Source: a bacterium (lineage in GTDB: Bacteria > UBA8248). Taken from it: a stretch of 64,000 nucleotides of DNA. Each line of letters starts with the position of its first letter. Within the stretch, counting starts at the first letter, position 1. The stretch lies in the NCBI GenBank assembly GCA_965213625.1, contig CBDBZU010000004.1, positions 3,808,001-3,872,000 of the forward strand. Reading direction: 5' to 3'. Below are positions 48,494-63,755 of this stretch, piece after piece. The notes beneath the pieces were generated by a model. That model saw only the letters and a program-made list of their open reading frames with translations. It had not been told where the DNA came from and did not search any database. The translations under genes were made by a program, and so were the position numbers.

Positions 48494-50938
48494 CTATAGA
48501 TCTTGGACACTGAGCACTTCCGTGTCTTCTTTCAGTTCGAATACAAGTTCATCCCCAGCCAGCTTCGCCAGGATCGTTCCCCCATCCTGGAATTTGCCGT
48601 GCAACATTTCTTCGCTGAGGGTGTCTTCGATGTGTCGTTGGATGACGCGGCGCAGCGGCCTTGCGCCATAGGCCGGCTCGAACCCCTGCTGGGCAAGCCA
48701 GTCTTTGGCTTCATCGGTCAACTCAATCACCATTTCTTTTTCACTCAGCGTCTCATTGACCTTGGCGAGTTCGATATCCACGATCTTGAGGATGTCCTCA
48801 TGGGTTAACGGCCGGAAAATGATGACGTCGTCAATCCGGTTCAAAAACTCAGGATTGAATGTGCGCTTGAGTTCATCGCGAATGCTGTCCTTCATTTTGT
48901 CGAAGCCGAGGCCCGTGTCCGCTTTCTGGAAGCCGAGGGAGGTGCCCTTCTCGATGGAGCGAGCCGCCAGATTCGAAGTCATGATGATGATGGTGTTCTT
49001 GAAGTCGATGTTGCGACCATAGCTGTCCGTGAGCAGACCGTCGTCCATCACTTGCAGCAAGACATGGTAGACATCCGGGTGCGCTTTCTCGATTTCATCG
49101 AGCAATACGACGGAATAAGGTTTTCTGCGAACGCGCTCCGTGAGCTGTCCCCCCTCCTCGTAGCCGACGTATCCCGGAGGCGCTCCGGTGAGGCGGGAGA
49201 CGTTGAACCGCTCCATGTACTCACTCATGTCAATCCGAATGAGAGAGTTCGGGTCGCCGAACATGAACTGGGCGAGCATTCTGGCCATCTCGGTCTTGCC
49301 CACGCCCGTGGGGCCGAGAAACAAGAAACTGCCGATCGGCCTCTTCGGCCCTTTCAGGCCCGCCCGCGCACGGCGAACCGCCTTCGTCAGGGCGCGCGTG
49401 GATTCTTCTTGCCCAATGATGTGGCTGTTCAACTCCTCTTCCATCCCGAGAAGACGCTCGTTCTCCACTTCCCCGATACGCTGCAGCGGAATCCCGGTCA
49501 TTCGGCTGACCACGTACGCCACATCATCTTCGGTTACATACGGTTCTTCATCCGTTTGATCCGCCTCCCACTCCGACTTGAGCTCGTCAAGCCTGCTCCT
49601 GTCCTGCTCCTCCAGGTCGCGCAACTCGACGGCCTTCTCAAAATCCTGTTTCTCGATCATGTCTTTTTTCGTGCGAACCGTCTCTTCAATTTGGCGCTGA
49701 AGATCCCGAATATTAGTCGGGAAGGTTTCTTTTTCGAGGCGAACCTTGCTGCACGCCTCGTCAATGACGTCTATCGCCTTATCCGGCAAGAAACGATCCG
49801 ACACGTATTGGGACGACAGGCGAACAGCGGAGACAAGCGCATCGTCCGTCAACTGCGCGCGATGGTGTTTCTCGTATTTATCTCTCAGACCCTTCAGGAT
49901 ACTCACCGTATCATCCACGGACGGCGGGTCCACCATTACGGACTGGAATCGCCGCTCCAGAGCGCCGTTTTTCTCGATGTACTTTCGGTACTCATCCAAC
50001 GTGGTGGCGCCGATGCACTGAACCTCGCCGCGGCTGAGCGCGGGCTTCAACATGTTCGAAGCATCAATGGAGCCTTCCGCCGCGCCGGCGCCTACCAAAG
50101 TATGCAACTCATCGATGAAGATAATCACATCCTGACTTTGCGTGATTTCCTTCATGATGGCTTTCAGGCGCGCCTCGAATTGTCCACGGTATTTCGTTCC
50201 CGCGACCAAAGCACCCAGATCGAGCTGGACCACCCGCTTGTTGTACAAAATCTGGGGAACTTCTTTCGAGATGATCGATTGGGCCAGCCCCTCGACTATC
50301 GCAGTCTTCCCGACGCCGGGCTCGCCAATCAAAACGGGGTTGTTTTTCGTTCTGCGGGCGAGAATCTGGATGACCCGCTCGATTTCCTGTTCACGCCCGA
50401 TGACGGGATCGAGTTTCCCCTCATCGGCGAACTCCGTGAGGTCGCGACCGAACTCATCGAGCGCGGGCGTCTTGCTCTTCTCGCGAGAGCGCGCCGCCAC
50501 AGGCTCCCTGAGGAGGTTGATGGTCTGCTCGCGCGTCTGCTGGAGCTTCACGCCGAAACTAGCCAGTATTTTCGCCGCCAACCCGTCTTTCTCCCGGACA
50601 ATACCCAACAACAGATGTTCGGTGCCGATGTAATTGTGGCCCATCAGGCGGGCTTCTTCGACGGCGTATTCAAGCACTTTTTTCGCTTTGGGCGTAAACG
50701 GAATATCCCCTTCCACGGGGCCGCTCAAACTCTTGGGCAAATTACGTTCAAGCTCCAGACGAAGCTGTTTGGGGTCGACCCCCAGCTTCTGCAAAACAGC
50801 GATGGCGATTCCACCCCCGTCCTTCAGCACACCAAGCAGTATGTGTTCGGTTCCCAGATATTCGTGTCGGTAGTGCTCCGCCTCTTCTCTGGCCAATATA
50901 ATGACTTTACGGGCACGCTCGGTGAATCGCTTGAACAT
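48494..50938 (-). CDS. clpC: ATP-dependent Clp protease ATP-binding subunit ClpC
   Basis: [13 protein letters not shown], two Clp-N repeats, GEPGVGKT and [11 protein letters not shown] motif [11 protein letters not shown]. Confidence 0.95.
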   Translation of the reverse strand: MFKRFTERARKVIILAREEAEHYRHEYLGTEHILLGVLKDGGGIAIAVLQKLGVDPKQLRLELERNLPKSLSGPVEGDIPFTPKAKKVLEYAVEEARLMGHNYIGTEHLLLGIVREKDGLAAKILASFGVKLQQTREQTINLLREPVAARSREKSKTPALDEFGRDLTEFADEGKLDPVIGREQEIERVIQILARRTKNNPVLIGEPGVGKTAIVEGLAQSIISKEVPQILYNKRVVQLDLGALVAGTKYRGQFEARLKAIMKEITQSQDVIIFIDELHTLVGAGAAEGSIDASNMLKPALSRGEVQCIGATTLDEYRKYIEKNGALERRFQSVMVDPPSVDDTVSILKGLRDKYEKHHRAQLTDDALVSAVRLSSQYVSDRFLPDKAIDVIDEACSKVRLEKETFPTNIRDLQRQIEETVRTKKDMIEKQDFEKAVELRDLEEQDRSRLDELKSEWEADQTDEEPYVTEDDVAYVVSRMTGIPLQRIGEVENERLLGMEEELNSHIIGQEESTRALTKAVRRARAGLKGPKRPIGSFLFLGPTGVGKTEMARMLAQFMFGDPNSLIRIDMSEYMERFNVSRLTGAPPGYVGYEEGGQLTERVRRKPYSVVLLDEIEKAHPDVYHVLLQVMDDGLLTDSYGRNIDFKNTIIIMTSNLAARSIEKGTSLGFQKADTGLGFDKMKDSIRDELKRTFNPEFLNRIDDVIIFRPLTHEDILKIVDIELAKVNETLSEKEMVIELTDEAKDWLAQQGFEPAYGARPLRRVIQRHIEDTLSEEMLHGKFQDGGTILAKLAGDELVFELKEDTEVLSVQDL

Positions 50939-50948
50939 ACGGCCCTCC

Positions 50949-51683
50949 TTACTTTTTTTGAGCTATTTTTCCATCCACCACGGCGATCACACGATCCATC
51001 TTTTCCGCCATCGAACTGTTGTGCGTCGCCACCAAAATTGTTTGTCTGTTTCTTTCGTTAATCTCACGAAGCAATTCGAAAATCGTTTCCGCAGTCGATG
51101 AATCCAGATTCCCGGTCGGTTCATCCGCGAGAACTATAGAAGGATTGTTAATTAACGCGCGGGCAATAGCAACCCTTTGCTGCTCTCCACCGGAGAGTTC
51201 TCCAGGTCGATGATTCCACCTGTCGGCCAAGCCCATCCGGTTTAACAATTCCTTCGCCTGTTCCTCCACCTCTTTTTTGCGGGCGCCGCGAAGCATCCCG
51301 GGTATCATAACATTTTCCAGCCCGGAAAACTCCGGCAACAAGTGATGAAACTGGAATACAAAACCCACATGCTGATTTCTCAGACGAGCCAATTCGGCTT
51401 CCGAGCGATCAGAGAGGCTTTTGCCCTCCAGAATCACTTCGCCTTTCGTCGGCCTGTCGAGTGCTCCCAAAAGATGGAGCAAAGTGGTTTTCCCCGCTCC
51501 GGAGACCCCCATGATGGCCATCATTTCGCCATGCTCGACTTCGAGATCGACTCCGCTCAGAGCCATCACTTCGCCACTGCCCATGGCGTATGATTTTTCC
51601 AGACCCCTGGTGACGATGACATGCGTCGACACGTCTTTTGGGGCAGCAGATTCGCTCATCTCCAATGTGCCCGAATCAACCAT
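50949..51683 (-). CDS. lolD: Lipoprotein-releasing ABC ATPase LolD
   Basis: GVSGAGKTT, GFVFQFHHLLPEF, ELSGGEQQR and ADEPTGNLD motifs; follows lolE. Confidence 0.92.
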   Translation of the reverse strand: MVDSGTLEMSESAAPKDVSTHVIVTRGLEKSYAMGSGEVMALSGVDLEVEHGEMMAIMGVSGAGKTTLLHLLGALDRPTKGEVILEGKSLSDRSEAELARLRNQHVGFVFQFHHLLPEFSGLENVMIPGMLRGARKKEVEEQAKELLNRMGLADRWNHRPGELSGGEQQRVAIARALINNPSIVLADEPTGNLDSSTAETIFELLREINERNRQTILVATHNSSMAEKMDRVIAVVDGKIAQKK

Positions 51684-52938
51684 AACGGAGATTTTCTACC
51701 GGATCGACGCGAGAAGCCCGCCACGCTGGATAAAGTGTCGCCGCCAAACAGATAATAAAAGCAACAACTGCAGTAACAGAGACATCTAATGGCGTCATCT
51801 GCACCGGTAATTTCTCTATATGGTAAACGCTGGGCGGTAGTATGTCCAGACCAAAGGCGCGTTCTAAAAAATCCTCAACGTAATGGAGATTCCACCCCAG
51901 AACGAGGCCACCACCCGTCCCCAAAACAGCGCCCAGCAGGCCTATGAAAGCGCCTTGAACGAAAAATATCCTCAGAATTGCGCCGCTCGTGGCCCCCATC
52001 GACTTCAAGATCGCGATTTCGCGCCCTTTTTCCATCACCACCATGACCAACGAGCCTATGATGTTGAATGCGGCCACAACCACGACGAGAAGAAGAAGGA
52101 TGGTGAGCGTGGTTTTTTCCGTTTTTAACGCGGAAAACAGGTTGCGATTCATTTCCTGCCAGGAACGCGACAAATATTTCTCCGAGAGAGCGCCCTTGAT
52201 TTTGCGGGAAATGCGCTCGGCCGAGAAAATGTCCTTCACGCGCAAATGCACCCCCGTCACGGATTTGCCGAATCCAAAGAATGCCTGGCTCTCTTTCATC
52301 GAGATAAACGAGAGGCCGGCATCGTACTGATAAAAGCCGCTGCGGAAGATTCCCACCACCTGAAATTTTTTTGTCCGCGGAACCAGACCCATAGGCGTAA
52401 CCACCCCCACGGGGCTGACCATCAACACCGTATCACCCTCTTTGAGGAACAGGTTCTTCGCGAGTTCCGCCCCGATGATTATGCCGGGCTTGCCCGCGCC
52501 ATTCTTTCCCAAAACCTTTTTCAACGAGCCCTCCGGCAAATATCTTTTGATGTCCGTCACGTCGATTTCCCGATCTGGCACGATCCCGCGAACCACCGCA
52601 CCCAACACGCGGTTCTTGAACGAGAACATCGCCTGTCCATAAACAAAAGGACTCGCCGCCACCACACCCTCATGATTGCGCGCCTTTTCTAGGACATCCC
52701 GCCATTCGCGCATCAGGGAAGCGCCTGATCTCGTGATGACGATATGACTCTGCGTGCCCAGTATCTTGTCGCGAAATTCCCGCTGAAACCCGGTCATGAC
52801 TCCCACGACGACGATGAGGGTGGCGACGCCCAGCGCGATGCCCAACACGGATATCCAGGTCGTGAGCGAGACGAAGGCGAGTTTGCTCCGCGAGCGCAAA
52901 TGCCTGAAGCCGATGAACAGTTCCGTGGATACAGACAT
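51676..52938 (-). CDS. lolE: Lipoprotein-releasing ABC permease LolC/E
   Basis: ISVLGIALGVATLIVV..VM.GF, W...N..LF.AL..EK, K.REIAILKSMGA and ATLYPAWRA motifs. Confidence 0.92.
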   Translation of the reverse strand: MSVSTELFIGFRHLRSRSKLAFVSLTTWISVLGIALGVATLIVVVGVMTGFQREFRDKILGTQSHIVITRSGASLMREWRDVLEKARNHEGVVAASPFVYGQAMFSFKNRVLGAVVRGIVPDREIDVTDIKRYLPEGSLKKVLGKNGAGKPGIIIGAELAKNLFLKEGDTVLMVSPVGVVTPMGLVPRTKKFQVVGIFRSGFYQYDAGLSFISMKESQAFFGFGKSVTGVHLRVKDIFSAERISRKIKGALSEKYLSRSWQEMNRNLFSALKTEKTTLTILLLLVVVVAAFNIIGSLVMVVMEKGREIAILKSMGATSGAILRIFFVQGAFIGLLGAVLGTGGGLVLGWNLHYVEDFLERAFGLDILPPSVYHIEKLPVQMTPLDVSVTAVVAFIICLAATLYPAWRASRVDPVENLRYG

Positions 52939-52940
52939 GT

Positions 52941-54509
52941 TCAGTCCTGGTGTTTACGCAGGAGGGGGAATAGGATGACGTCTCGAATCGAATGCGTATT
53001 CGTCAGGAGCATCGCGAGCCTGTCGATTCCGATCCCCTCCCCAGCCGTAGGCGGCAGGCCGTATTCAAGGGCCGTCAGATAATCCCGGTCGATCTCGTGG
53101 GCTTCCTCATCGCCGGCTTCCCGCATCGCTTCCTGTTGCTCGAAACGCACCCGCTGATCGTCTGGATCATTCAACTCCGTATAGGCGTTGGCGATCTCGC
53201 GCCCGGCGATGATGAGTTCGAACCGCTCAACGGTATCCGGGTCGTCTTCCCTGCTCTTGGACAAGGGTGAAAGGGCTTTTGGAAAATCATAGACGAACGT
53301 GGGCTGCCTGAGTTTCGGCTCCACCAATTCCTCGAACAGGTACTCCAGGATGTGCACGTGGCTCATATCATCCGGTATGGGATACCCCTTGGGTCCTGCG
53401 ATTTTTCTCGCGAATAGGCGTGCTTTTTCCTGATTCCCCAATACGTCGTCCGGCGCTCCGCCCACCGCCACGATGGAATCTCGCCATTCATACCGCGCCC
53501 AGGGCGCTCGAAACGAGATTTCCTCGTCCCCGTACTTCAGCACGTCGTCACCCAGAATCTCCCGGGCCAGCGACGCCAGCATTTTTTCCGTCAACTCCAT
53601 CAAGTCGTTATAGTCCGCATACGCCATATAGAATTCCAGCATGGTGAATTCGGGATTGTGCTGGGTGGATATGCCTTCATTCCTGAAATTGCGGTTGATT
53701 TCGTAGACGCGGTCCATTCCACCGACAACCAGGCGTTTGAGATAGAGCTCGGGCGCCACGCGGAGAAACAAAGGCATTTCCAGCGTATTGTGGTAGGTCG
53801 TGAACGGTCTGGCCGTCGCCCCGCCGGCGATGGCCTGCATCATCGGGGTTTCGACTTCGATAAAATTCAGATCGTCCAGAAAGCGGCGCATCGACTGAAT
53901 CATCCGGGTGCGCACCCGAAACACTTCGACCACCTCGGGGTTTGCGATCAAATCCACATACCGCTGCCGGTAGCGGGCCTCCACGTTTCTCAGGCCATGC
54001 CACTTTTCGGGCAACGGACGCAAACTTTTCGTCAGGAGGCTTATCCGGCGAACCCAGATGGAGAGTTCGCCCATCCTCGTTCGGAACACCCCGCCCTCGG
54101 TCCCGACTATATCGCCGATGTCAAGATCCCTGGCGGATTGAAAAGCCTCCTCGCCGATCTCATTCATCCGGATAAACAGCTGGATCTGTCCCGTCCCGTC
54201 GCGCAGATCGATAAAGGCGACTTTCCCCTGCACCCGCTTGGCGATGATTCTTCCCGCCACGGAATAATTCGCCTCTTTCGCCTCATCGAATCCATCCGCA
54301 GGCACTTCACGGAATTCCTCGACGATCAAGCCAATCTGGTGCGTCGTCGAATACCGATTCACGAAGGGATTGGCTCCAGATGCCCGAATCCCTTCGAGCT
54401 TCTTCCTCCGCTGCTGGGTCAAAATATTTTCATCGTCTCGCTCATCCGACGATGGTGTCGCTTCTTCCGCCACGGGGGCGCTCCTCTCATGCTCTCTATC
54501 CATGTTCAT
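52941..54509 (-). CDS. lysS: Lysine--tRNA ligase (class II)
   Basis: [37 protein letters not shown] and GLPPTAG.GIGIDRL motifs. Confidence 0.98.
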   Translation of the reverse strand: MNMDREHERSAPVAEEATPSSDERDDENILTQQRRKKLEGIRASGANPFVNRYSTTHQIGLIVEEFREVPADGFDEAKEANYSVAGRIIAKRVQGKVAFIDLRDGTGQIQLFIRMNEIGEEAFQSARDLDIGDIVGTEGGVFRTRMGELSIWVRRISLLTKSLRPLPEKWHGLRNVEARYRQRYVDLIANPEVVEVFRVRTRMIQSMRRFLDDLNFIEVETPMMQAIAGGATARPFTTYHNTLEMPLFLRVAPELYLKRLVVGGMDRVYEINRNFRNEGISTQHNPEFTMLEFYMAYADYNDLMELTEKMLASLAREILGDDVLKYGDEEISFRAPWARYEWRDSIVAVGGAPDDVLGNQEKARLFARKIAGPKGYPIPDDMSHVHILEYLFEELVEPKLRQPTFVYDFPKALSPLSKSREDDPDTVERFELIIAGREIANAYTELNDPDDQRVRFEQQEAMREAGDEEAHEIDRDYLTALEYGLPPTAGEGIGIDRLAMLLTNTHSIRDVILFPLLRKHQD

Positions 54510-54557
54510 GAAACCGTGATTTCCCCATTCGCTTCCATCTGGTTCAGCCGAGGGCGA

Positions 54558-55680
54558 TTACGCGCGCGCGTTCGCCTTCTCCTGTATCAACGAGAGGAGA
54601 TAGGCGTCAATGAAGGCGTCGATATTGCCGTCCAATACGGCGTTCACGTCCGAGCTTTCCACGTCGGTTCGATGATCCTTCACCATCCGGTACGGGTGCA
54701 GGATGTAGGAGCGGATCTGGCTCCCGAACCCGATGGTTTTCTTCATGGCGTGTTGCGCTTCTTTTTCCTCGTCCCGCTTTCGCTTCTCCATTTCGTACAA
54801 CTGGCCGCGCAACAGCTTCATGGCCGTAGCGCGATTCTTGTGCTGGCTTCTCTCGTTCTGGCACGAGACCACGATGCCCGTGGACAAGTGCGTAATTCGC
54901 ACAGCGGAATCCGTGGTGTTCACGTGCTGACCACCTGCGCCCGAACTCCTGAACACATCGATGCGCAAATCGTTCTCGTCTATTTCGATTTCCACGTCAT
55001 CCGACACCTCCGGGACGACATCCACGGAAGCAAAGGAGGTGTGCCTCTTCGCGCTGGCGTCGAAAGGTGAAATCCTTATTAAACGATGCACGCCGACTTC
55101 CGCCCGAAGATACCCGTAAGCATAGTCCCCCTTGATGATGAGGGTAGCGTTCTTGATGCCGGCTTCATCCCCCCCGAGTATGGAAACGAGGCGCGCCTGA
55201 TACCCTTTCTCCTCCGCCCATCTCGAGTACATGCGCAGGAGCATTTCGGCCCAATCCTGGCTTTCGACACCGCCCGCCCCTGCGTTCACGGAGAAAATGG
55301 CGTTGGCCCTGTCTTCATCGGAATCCATGACCAGGTGGAACTCGAGGCGCTCGATCTCCTTGAAAAGCGAGGACAGATCTTTTTCGATGTCGCTCAGGAG
55401 TTCCGATTCGGACGTTTCTTCCATCTGGAGAAGCTGGAGAAGCTCTTTCTGCTCATTGAGTTTCCCGCTGAGGTTCTCCCAGTTCCGTATCGTTTTTTCA
55501 AGCGTAGCGCGCTTTCTCAGGGTGTTTTGAGCAGATTCGGGGTCGTTCCAGAAATCCTCTTCTCCGGCGAGTTTATCGAGTTTGGCGCACTCCCCCTCCA
55601 GTCGATCGAGGTCAAAGCCGCCCCCGCAGTTCAAGGAGGCGTGCCTCCAGTTGCTCACATTTCTTACATAACTCTTCCAT
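54558..55680 (-). CDS. prfB: Peptide chain release factor 2 (programmed +1 frameshift after codon 22)
   Basis: SPF and GGQ motifs. True start is ATG 55680 (GGAG RBS): MEELCKKCEQLEARLLELRGRL, then CTT-TGA-C shifts into DLDRLE. Confidence 0.96.
55611..55626 (-). promoter_or_regulatory. prfB frameshift cassette
   Basis: Minus strand CGGGGG-CGG-CTT-TGA-C: internal SD-like run, 3-nt spacer, slippery CTT T and TGA. Confidence 0.93.
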
Positions 55681-55745
55681 CTACATCTCCCATTTTTCGA
55701 AATCGAACTTCATGACCTGTCGGCATGGAGTCTACCCGGGCGGGT

Positions 55746-57289
<1,544 letters not shown>

Positions 57290-57293
<4 letters not shown>

Positions 57294-59199
57294 GGTTCGC
57301 TGGTCCGGGAAGAGTTCTTCCCGGCTCCTTCGGCGATGGCGCCCTCGCCCCCGAGTTTTTCCCGCAAGGCGTCCACGAGCTTCGGCGTGATGCCCTCCAC
57401 TTCCAGGAGCTTGAGGTCACTCGCCTCCAAAACGCCCCGCAGGCTCCCGAAAGTCCTCAGAAGCGCGCGCCTGCGCTTGGGACCCAGGCCGGGCACGTCA
57501 TCGAGACCGCTTTTGATTCCGGTACGCCTGCGGCGCGTCCGGTGGAACGTCAGGACGAAGCGGTGCACCTCGTCGCGGATTTTCTGGAGCATGAGCTTCG
57601 GCGCGCTTCCCTCTTTTAATTGAACAGGGTCCGACTGGCCGGGCAGGAAAATCACATCCTGCGCTTCGGGGTTCTCGGAACTCCTGCCCTTCGCGATCGC
57701 GCAAAGCGCCACGTCCGCAAGCCCAAGTTCCTCGAGCGCCGAGGCGGCCGATGAGAGTTGTCCCTTCCCCCCGTCGATCAGGAGAAGGTCGGGCATCTCG
57801 CCTCCCTCGTTCACCAGACGCTCCAGGCGCCTGAAAACGATTTCGCGCATGGAGGAATAATCATCCGGCGATTCCGCCACGCTCCTGATCTTAAAGCGGC
57901 GGTAGCCGTCCTTGAGCGGGCGTCCGTCCTGGAACATGACGCTGGCGCCGACGATATTGCTCCCCTGCAGATTCGATACGTCGAACGCCTCAATCCGCAC
58001 CGGCAACTCCTCGAGGCCCAGCGCCTGGCGTATTTCCTCGAGCGTTTGCTGCTCCTTGCTGAGAAGGGCGTTTTCCTGCTCCTGGGCATGCGATGCGTTC
58101 TCGCTCGCCATCTCGACCAGACGGCGCTTGTTCCCGCGGCGGGGATGAAAAACGGACACCTTCTTGCCCCGCTTTTCAGACAACCACTCTCCGATGAGCG
58201 AAGCATCGCCCACGGCGGAGGGCAGGAGCACTTCATCGGGAAAAAACGTCTTGTTTGCGTAATACTGCTTCACGAACGCGGAGACGACTTCTCCGTCGGG
58301 AACGCCTTCGCGGGCGGCCACATGGAACCCCTGGTCACCCAGCAACCTGCCGCCCCGAATGAAAAACAGGCGAAACGCCGCCTTTTCTTCCTCGCGGTGA
58401 AAGCCGAGCACGTCCTGATCGCCCCCCTTCACCGAAAGCATGGTCTGCCGCTCGGTGACGTGCTCGATGCCCCGAATCTGATCCCGCACCTTGGCCGCGG
58501 ATTCATACTGCAAATCTTCGGAGTGTTCCTGCATCTGCTTCTTGAGCCTTCGCACCAGTTCCTGGTTCTTCCCCTTGAGGAAATCGAGCGCGTCGTCCAC
58601 GCCGCCTCGATACGATTCGCGGCTTTGGTAATCATCACACGGCCCCAGGCACTGGTTCATCTGAAAATAGATGCAGCGCTTCGCCGTCTTGTCCTCCAGG
58701 CCGCCCGTGCAGGGCCTGATGTGAAAGGTCTTTTGCAGGAAGCGAATCGTGCGCCTGAGGCTGCTCGCCGAGGGGAAGGGCCCCAGGTAGGAATCGCCGT
58801 CTCCCGCCGGACGGCGGACGATGCTCAGGCGCGGGTAGTCCTCGCCCGTGCTCAGCTTCATGTAGGGGAAATGCTTGTCGTCGCGCAGGAGCACGTTGTG
58901 GCGGGGCTTGTGCTTTTTGACATAGTTGCTCTCCAGGATGAGCGCCTCGACCTCATTGGCCGTCACGATATGTTCCAGCGTGAAAGATTCCTCCACCATC
59001 TTCTGGATCCAGGGACCCCGGCCGGTTCTTTTTGCGAAATAACTGCGCACCCTGCTTCTCAGTCGCAGGGCCTTGCCGACGTAGAGGACATCCCCCGCGC
59101 GGTTCCTGAAAATGTATATCCCCGGTTTTTCGGGCAAGGACTTCAGAAACGAGCGGTCCTCTCCCACGGAAACCGAACTGGGGGAAAGGGCGGAATCAC

Positions 59200-59203
<4 letters not shown>
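57290..59203 (-). CDS. uvrC: Excinuclease ABC subunit C
   Basis: GIY-YIG (PGIY..YVGKA..LR.RV.SYF), [23 protein letters not shown] and HhH motifs. Confidence 0.98.
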
Positions 59204-61209
<2,006 letters not shown>

Positions 61210-61297
61210 GAAGGGTCCTCTGCTTCCGAGTCAGGCGCTCGAAAAAACAAGCGGATGAAAGTTTAACGGATAACGGAAGGCGGATAAACCTTGCGGG

Positions 61298-61825
61298 TCA
61301 GGCGAGAGGCGTGGGTTGCAGGTATTTTTCCCATACATGCTGCACCGTTCGAGGAAAGCGATGATTCAGGTGCTGCAATATGAAAGATTTCGGTTTTCGG
61401 GGCTGCTTATTCAGCTTCAGACCCGCCTCATCAGGCGTGCGGTCTCCTTTTTTCGCATTGCATCTCCGGCAACTGCAAACCGCATTCTCCCACGTGGAGC
61501 GACCGCCACGAGAGCGAGGCAATACATGATCCACCGTTAAATATCCACCTTTCGCCCCACAATACTGACAGGTATTCTCGTCGCGCCGCATTACATTCTT
61601 TTTGCTGAACGGAATCTGGCTTCGGCGCGGAACATACACATACGTTCTCAGCCGTATGACGGCAGGCAGGTGAAACTCCATCGCTTCGCTGCGGACGAGC
61701 AAGCCGTTCGTCTCAACGGTATCGGCTTTCCCGGTGAGCATCATGCGAATCGCACGGCGTGCGTTGCAGACATTTATCGGCTCATACGTCTGGTTGAGCA
61801 CCAGAACTCGCGATTGTTCAAGCAC
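61298..61825 (-). CDS. HNH endonuclease (McrA/HNH_5-like)
   Basis: VLVLNQTYEP, RDENTCQYCG and TVDHV.PRSRGG..TWEN.V.SCRRCN.KKG. Start GTG 61825 estimated. Confidence 0.92.
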   Translation of the reverse strand: MLEQSRVLVLNQTYEPINVCNARRAIRMMLTGKADTVETNGLLVRSEAMEFHLPAVIRLRTYVYVPRRSQIPFSKKNVMRRDENTCQYCGAKGGYLTVDHVLPRSRGGRSTWENAVCSCRRCNAKKGDRTPDEAGLKLNKQPRKPKSFILQHLNHRFPRTVQHVWEKYLQPTPLA

Positions 61826-62090
61826 CCTATACGCTCCCCTTGAGGCAAGTGGGCGACGGGATACAAACACGAATTGCGCATCCCTTTATGTCGACCCCGT
61901 TCGTCCTTGTCAACGAGCAAACGGGTTTTGGCGGTTTCTTTTTTATGACTATTTGAATATAGGTGAGCAATTTATTCGGGAACCCCTTATTTTGCGCTCT
62001 CCCAGGCATCGCTACGCTTTGCGATTACGCCTTGGTATACTTTCAGGTTGTTATCGAGTATGCGCCAAGTTGGAGAGAGGAAGAGAAATC

Positions 62091-63446
62091 GTGGATAGAT
62101 TCGACGGATTTTCTTTATCCTATCTTGCTTCGGCGATCGGGGTCGTCCGGACGATCCCGTGTATTCTCGCGCTCGCGGCGGCTATCGTCTTCTCTCCCGT
62201 AGAAGCCGATGCCTTCGATTGGTTTTGGCAAGACTCCCTGACCCCCGCGGGAAGTTGCGGGGCGGCTATCGACGGGACTCTATCGAGCGGGACGAGTTGC
62301 CTTCTCGATGGCGGAGTGAATCTGTTGCTGAAAAAAAGTATGGACTCCGCAAATGAATTAGGAAAGAAAGCGTTCGGGGAGAATTTCCGATTCTTCGGCG
62401 ATCTTTCTTATCAAAGTGGGACAGGATTCGTGAACGATCTCGACGTCGTGATCCCGCTTGCGTTTACGGACAAAGACCACCGGACTCGCTCCTCGTTGTT
62501 CTTACAACAAGGCATCACCCGGTGGCGGGACTCCGAGGGAGATTCCCGCGACGACTTGCGTATCGGCATGGCCTACCGATTCCGGCTCACCGACGAGCCG
62601 GATTCGGGTGTCTTCGGGATGTCCACGTTTTCTTTGCACAGCGCGGATTGGGGACACCAGGTGTTGGCGTCCAGAGTGGACTACGCCGGGCGCTGGGGGA
62701 CGGGGTCGCTCACGTATTTCCTGCCTGCCACGAATTGGCGTTCCACGGATCCCGGATACGAAGAACGCGCCCTCGAAGGGGTGGAACTCGGCCTGAATCT
62801 CAAGCTGACAACGACCCTTCGCGCGAACCTGACCACCTACCGCTGGCAGGCTGAAGACGGCTCAGACGAATGGGACGATGGCGCGCGCCTCGGCGTCGAC
62901 TGGCGCCCGCACCCCTGGCTGAATCTTTCCGCCGGTTACGACGGAATCGGCAGAAGAAAAGACTCGTCGTCGTTTTTGGCCAAGGTCTCCTTACCAATCG
63001 GGGGTCCGTCGAAACCGAAACCCAGGTGGGAAGGCCTGGGAACGTTGCCAAAGAACACTGTGCCCGGTGTCTTTAACCTCTGGCGGCCTGTCGACAAAAT
63101 CGGCCGGATCAAGGTCGCCAGACGAATCGAAACTTCCACTTTGGCGAACAGGGTGAACATCCAGCCCCTGCAAAACAGCATCGTCAGCGGCGAGGCGCTC
63201 CAGGTGAAGCTCTCGCTTCCGGTGGCGGCGCCGGAGGATGTCCAGGTGAGTGTGCGCCTCGCGCCCGGGAGCGGAGCGAACCCCGCCGTTCCGGGCGTGG
63301 ATTTTCATGACGGAATCATCGAGGCGACGATTCGCGAGGGCGAGAAGGATGCCGTGGTTTCGCTCCCACTCATACGCAACGATGATATGCGGAAACCCCG
63401 CAGCCTGAAAATCATCAAGGTGTCTCGAAATTTCCGAAAGAAATAA
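62091..63446 (+). CDS. Inverse autotransporter (intimin/invasin-like) beta-domain protein with a Calx-beta-like C-terminal domain
   Basis: Signal-like ILALAAAIVFSPVEADA; LDVVIPL..SLFLQ.G, LRIG.AYRF, Y.P...W...EERALEG.E, L..PV.....I; tail V...VSV...GS...A.PGVDF......TI..GE.....S.P...D. Start GTG 62091 after GAGAGG. Confidence 0.68.
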   Translation: MDRFDGFSLSYLASAIGVVRTIPCILALAAAIVFSPVEADAFDWFWQDSLTPAGSCGAAIDGTLSSGTSCLLDGGVNLLLKKSMDSANELGKKAFGENFRFFGDLSYQSGTGFVNDLDVVIPLAFTDKDHRTRSSLFLQQGITRWRDSEGDSRDDLRIGMAYRFRLTDEPDSGVFGMSTFSLHSADWGHQVLASRVDYAGRWGTGSLTYFLPATNWRSTDPGYEERALEGVELGLNLKLTTTLRANLTTYRWQAEDGSDEWDDGARLGVDWRPHPWLNLSAGYDGIGRRKDSSSFLAKVSLPIGGPSKPKPRWEGLGTLPKNTVPGVFNLWRPVDKIGRIKVARRIETSTLANRVNIQPLQNSIVSGEALQVKLSLPVAAPEDVQVSVRLAPGSGANPAVPGVDFHDGIIEATIREGEKDAVVSLPLIRNDDMRKPRSLKIIKVSRNFRKK

Positions 63447-63755
63447 AGTTTCTTGAAACGCTCTCCGGCCGACAGAGGGATCGTAACGCAATGTGAAGAT
63501 GATAATGGCCAGTGTGATATTGCCGACTCAACTATCAGGATTTCCGGGCACCTCTATCCTGCCTGCGTCGAATATTTTTTTATCCAGGTTCGCACCGCCA
63601 GTTATCCGGATTGTCCGTCTACCTGGCCCGTCGATCGTAAAATGAAATTGGTCCAACTCAGCAAGTGAGTCGATCCGTCTTCTGCAAGGTGCGTCCAGAG
63701 ATACGGGGGTGGACCCTTTGAGAGTGCAGGAATGGTCCAGAGGCTAAGCCGTTCC

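Noticed and set aside
49052-51061. Long antisense ORFs (669 aa opposite clpC; similar ones opposite the transposase, lysS, uvrC, uvrB and msbA)
   Set aside because: Shadow frames of GC-rich coding strands, with no motifs and full overlap with well-supported genes
61210-61297. SOS/LexA box upstream of uvrB
   Set aside because: No match to the CTGT-N8-ACAG, GAAC-N4-GTTC or GTTC-N7-GTTC patterns was seen
61298-61825. HNH nuclease as part of a defence, CRISPR or IscB-type system
   Set aside because: Small stand-alone HNH with no RuvC motifs, methylase, cas genes or repeats nearby
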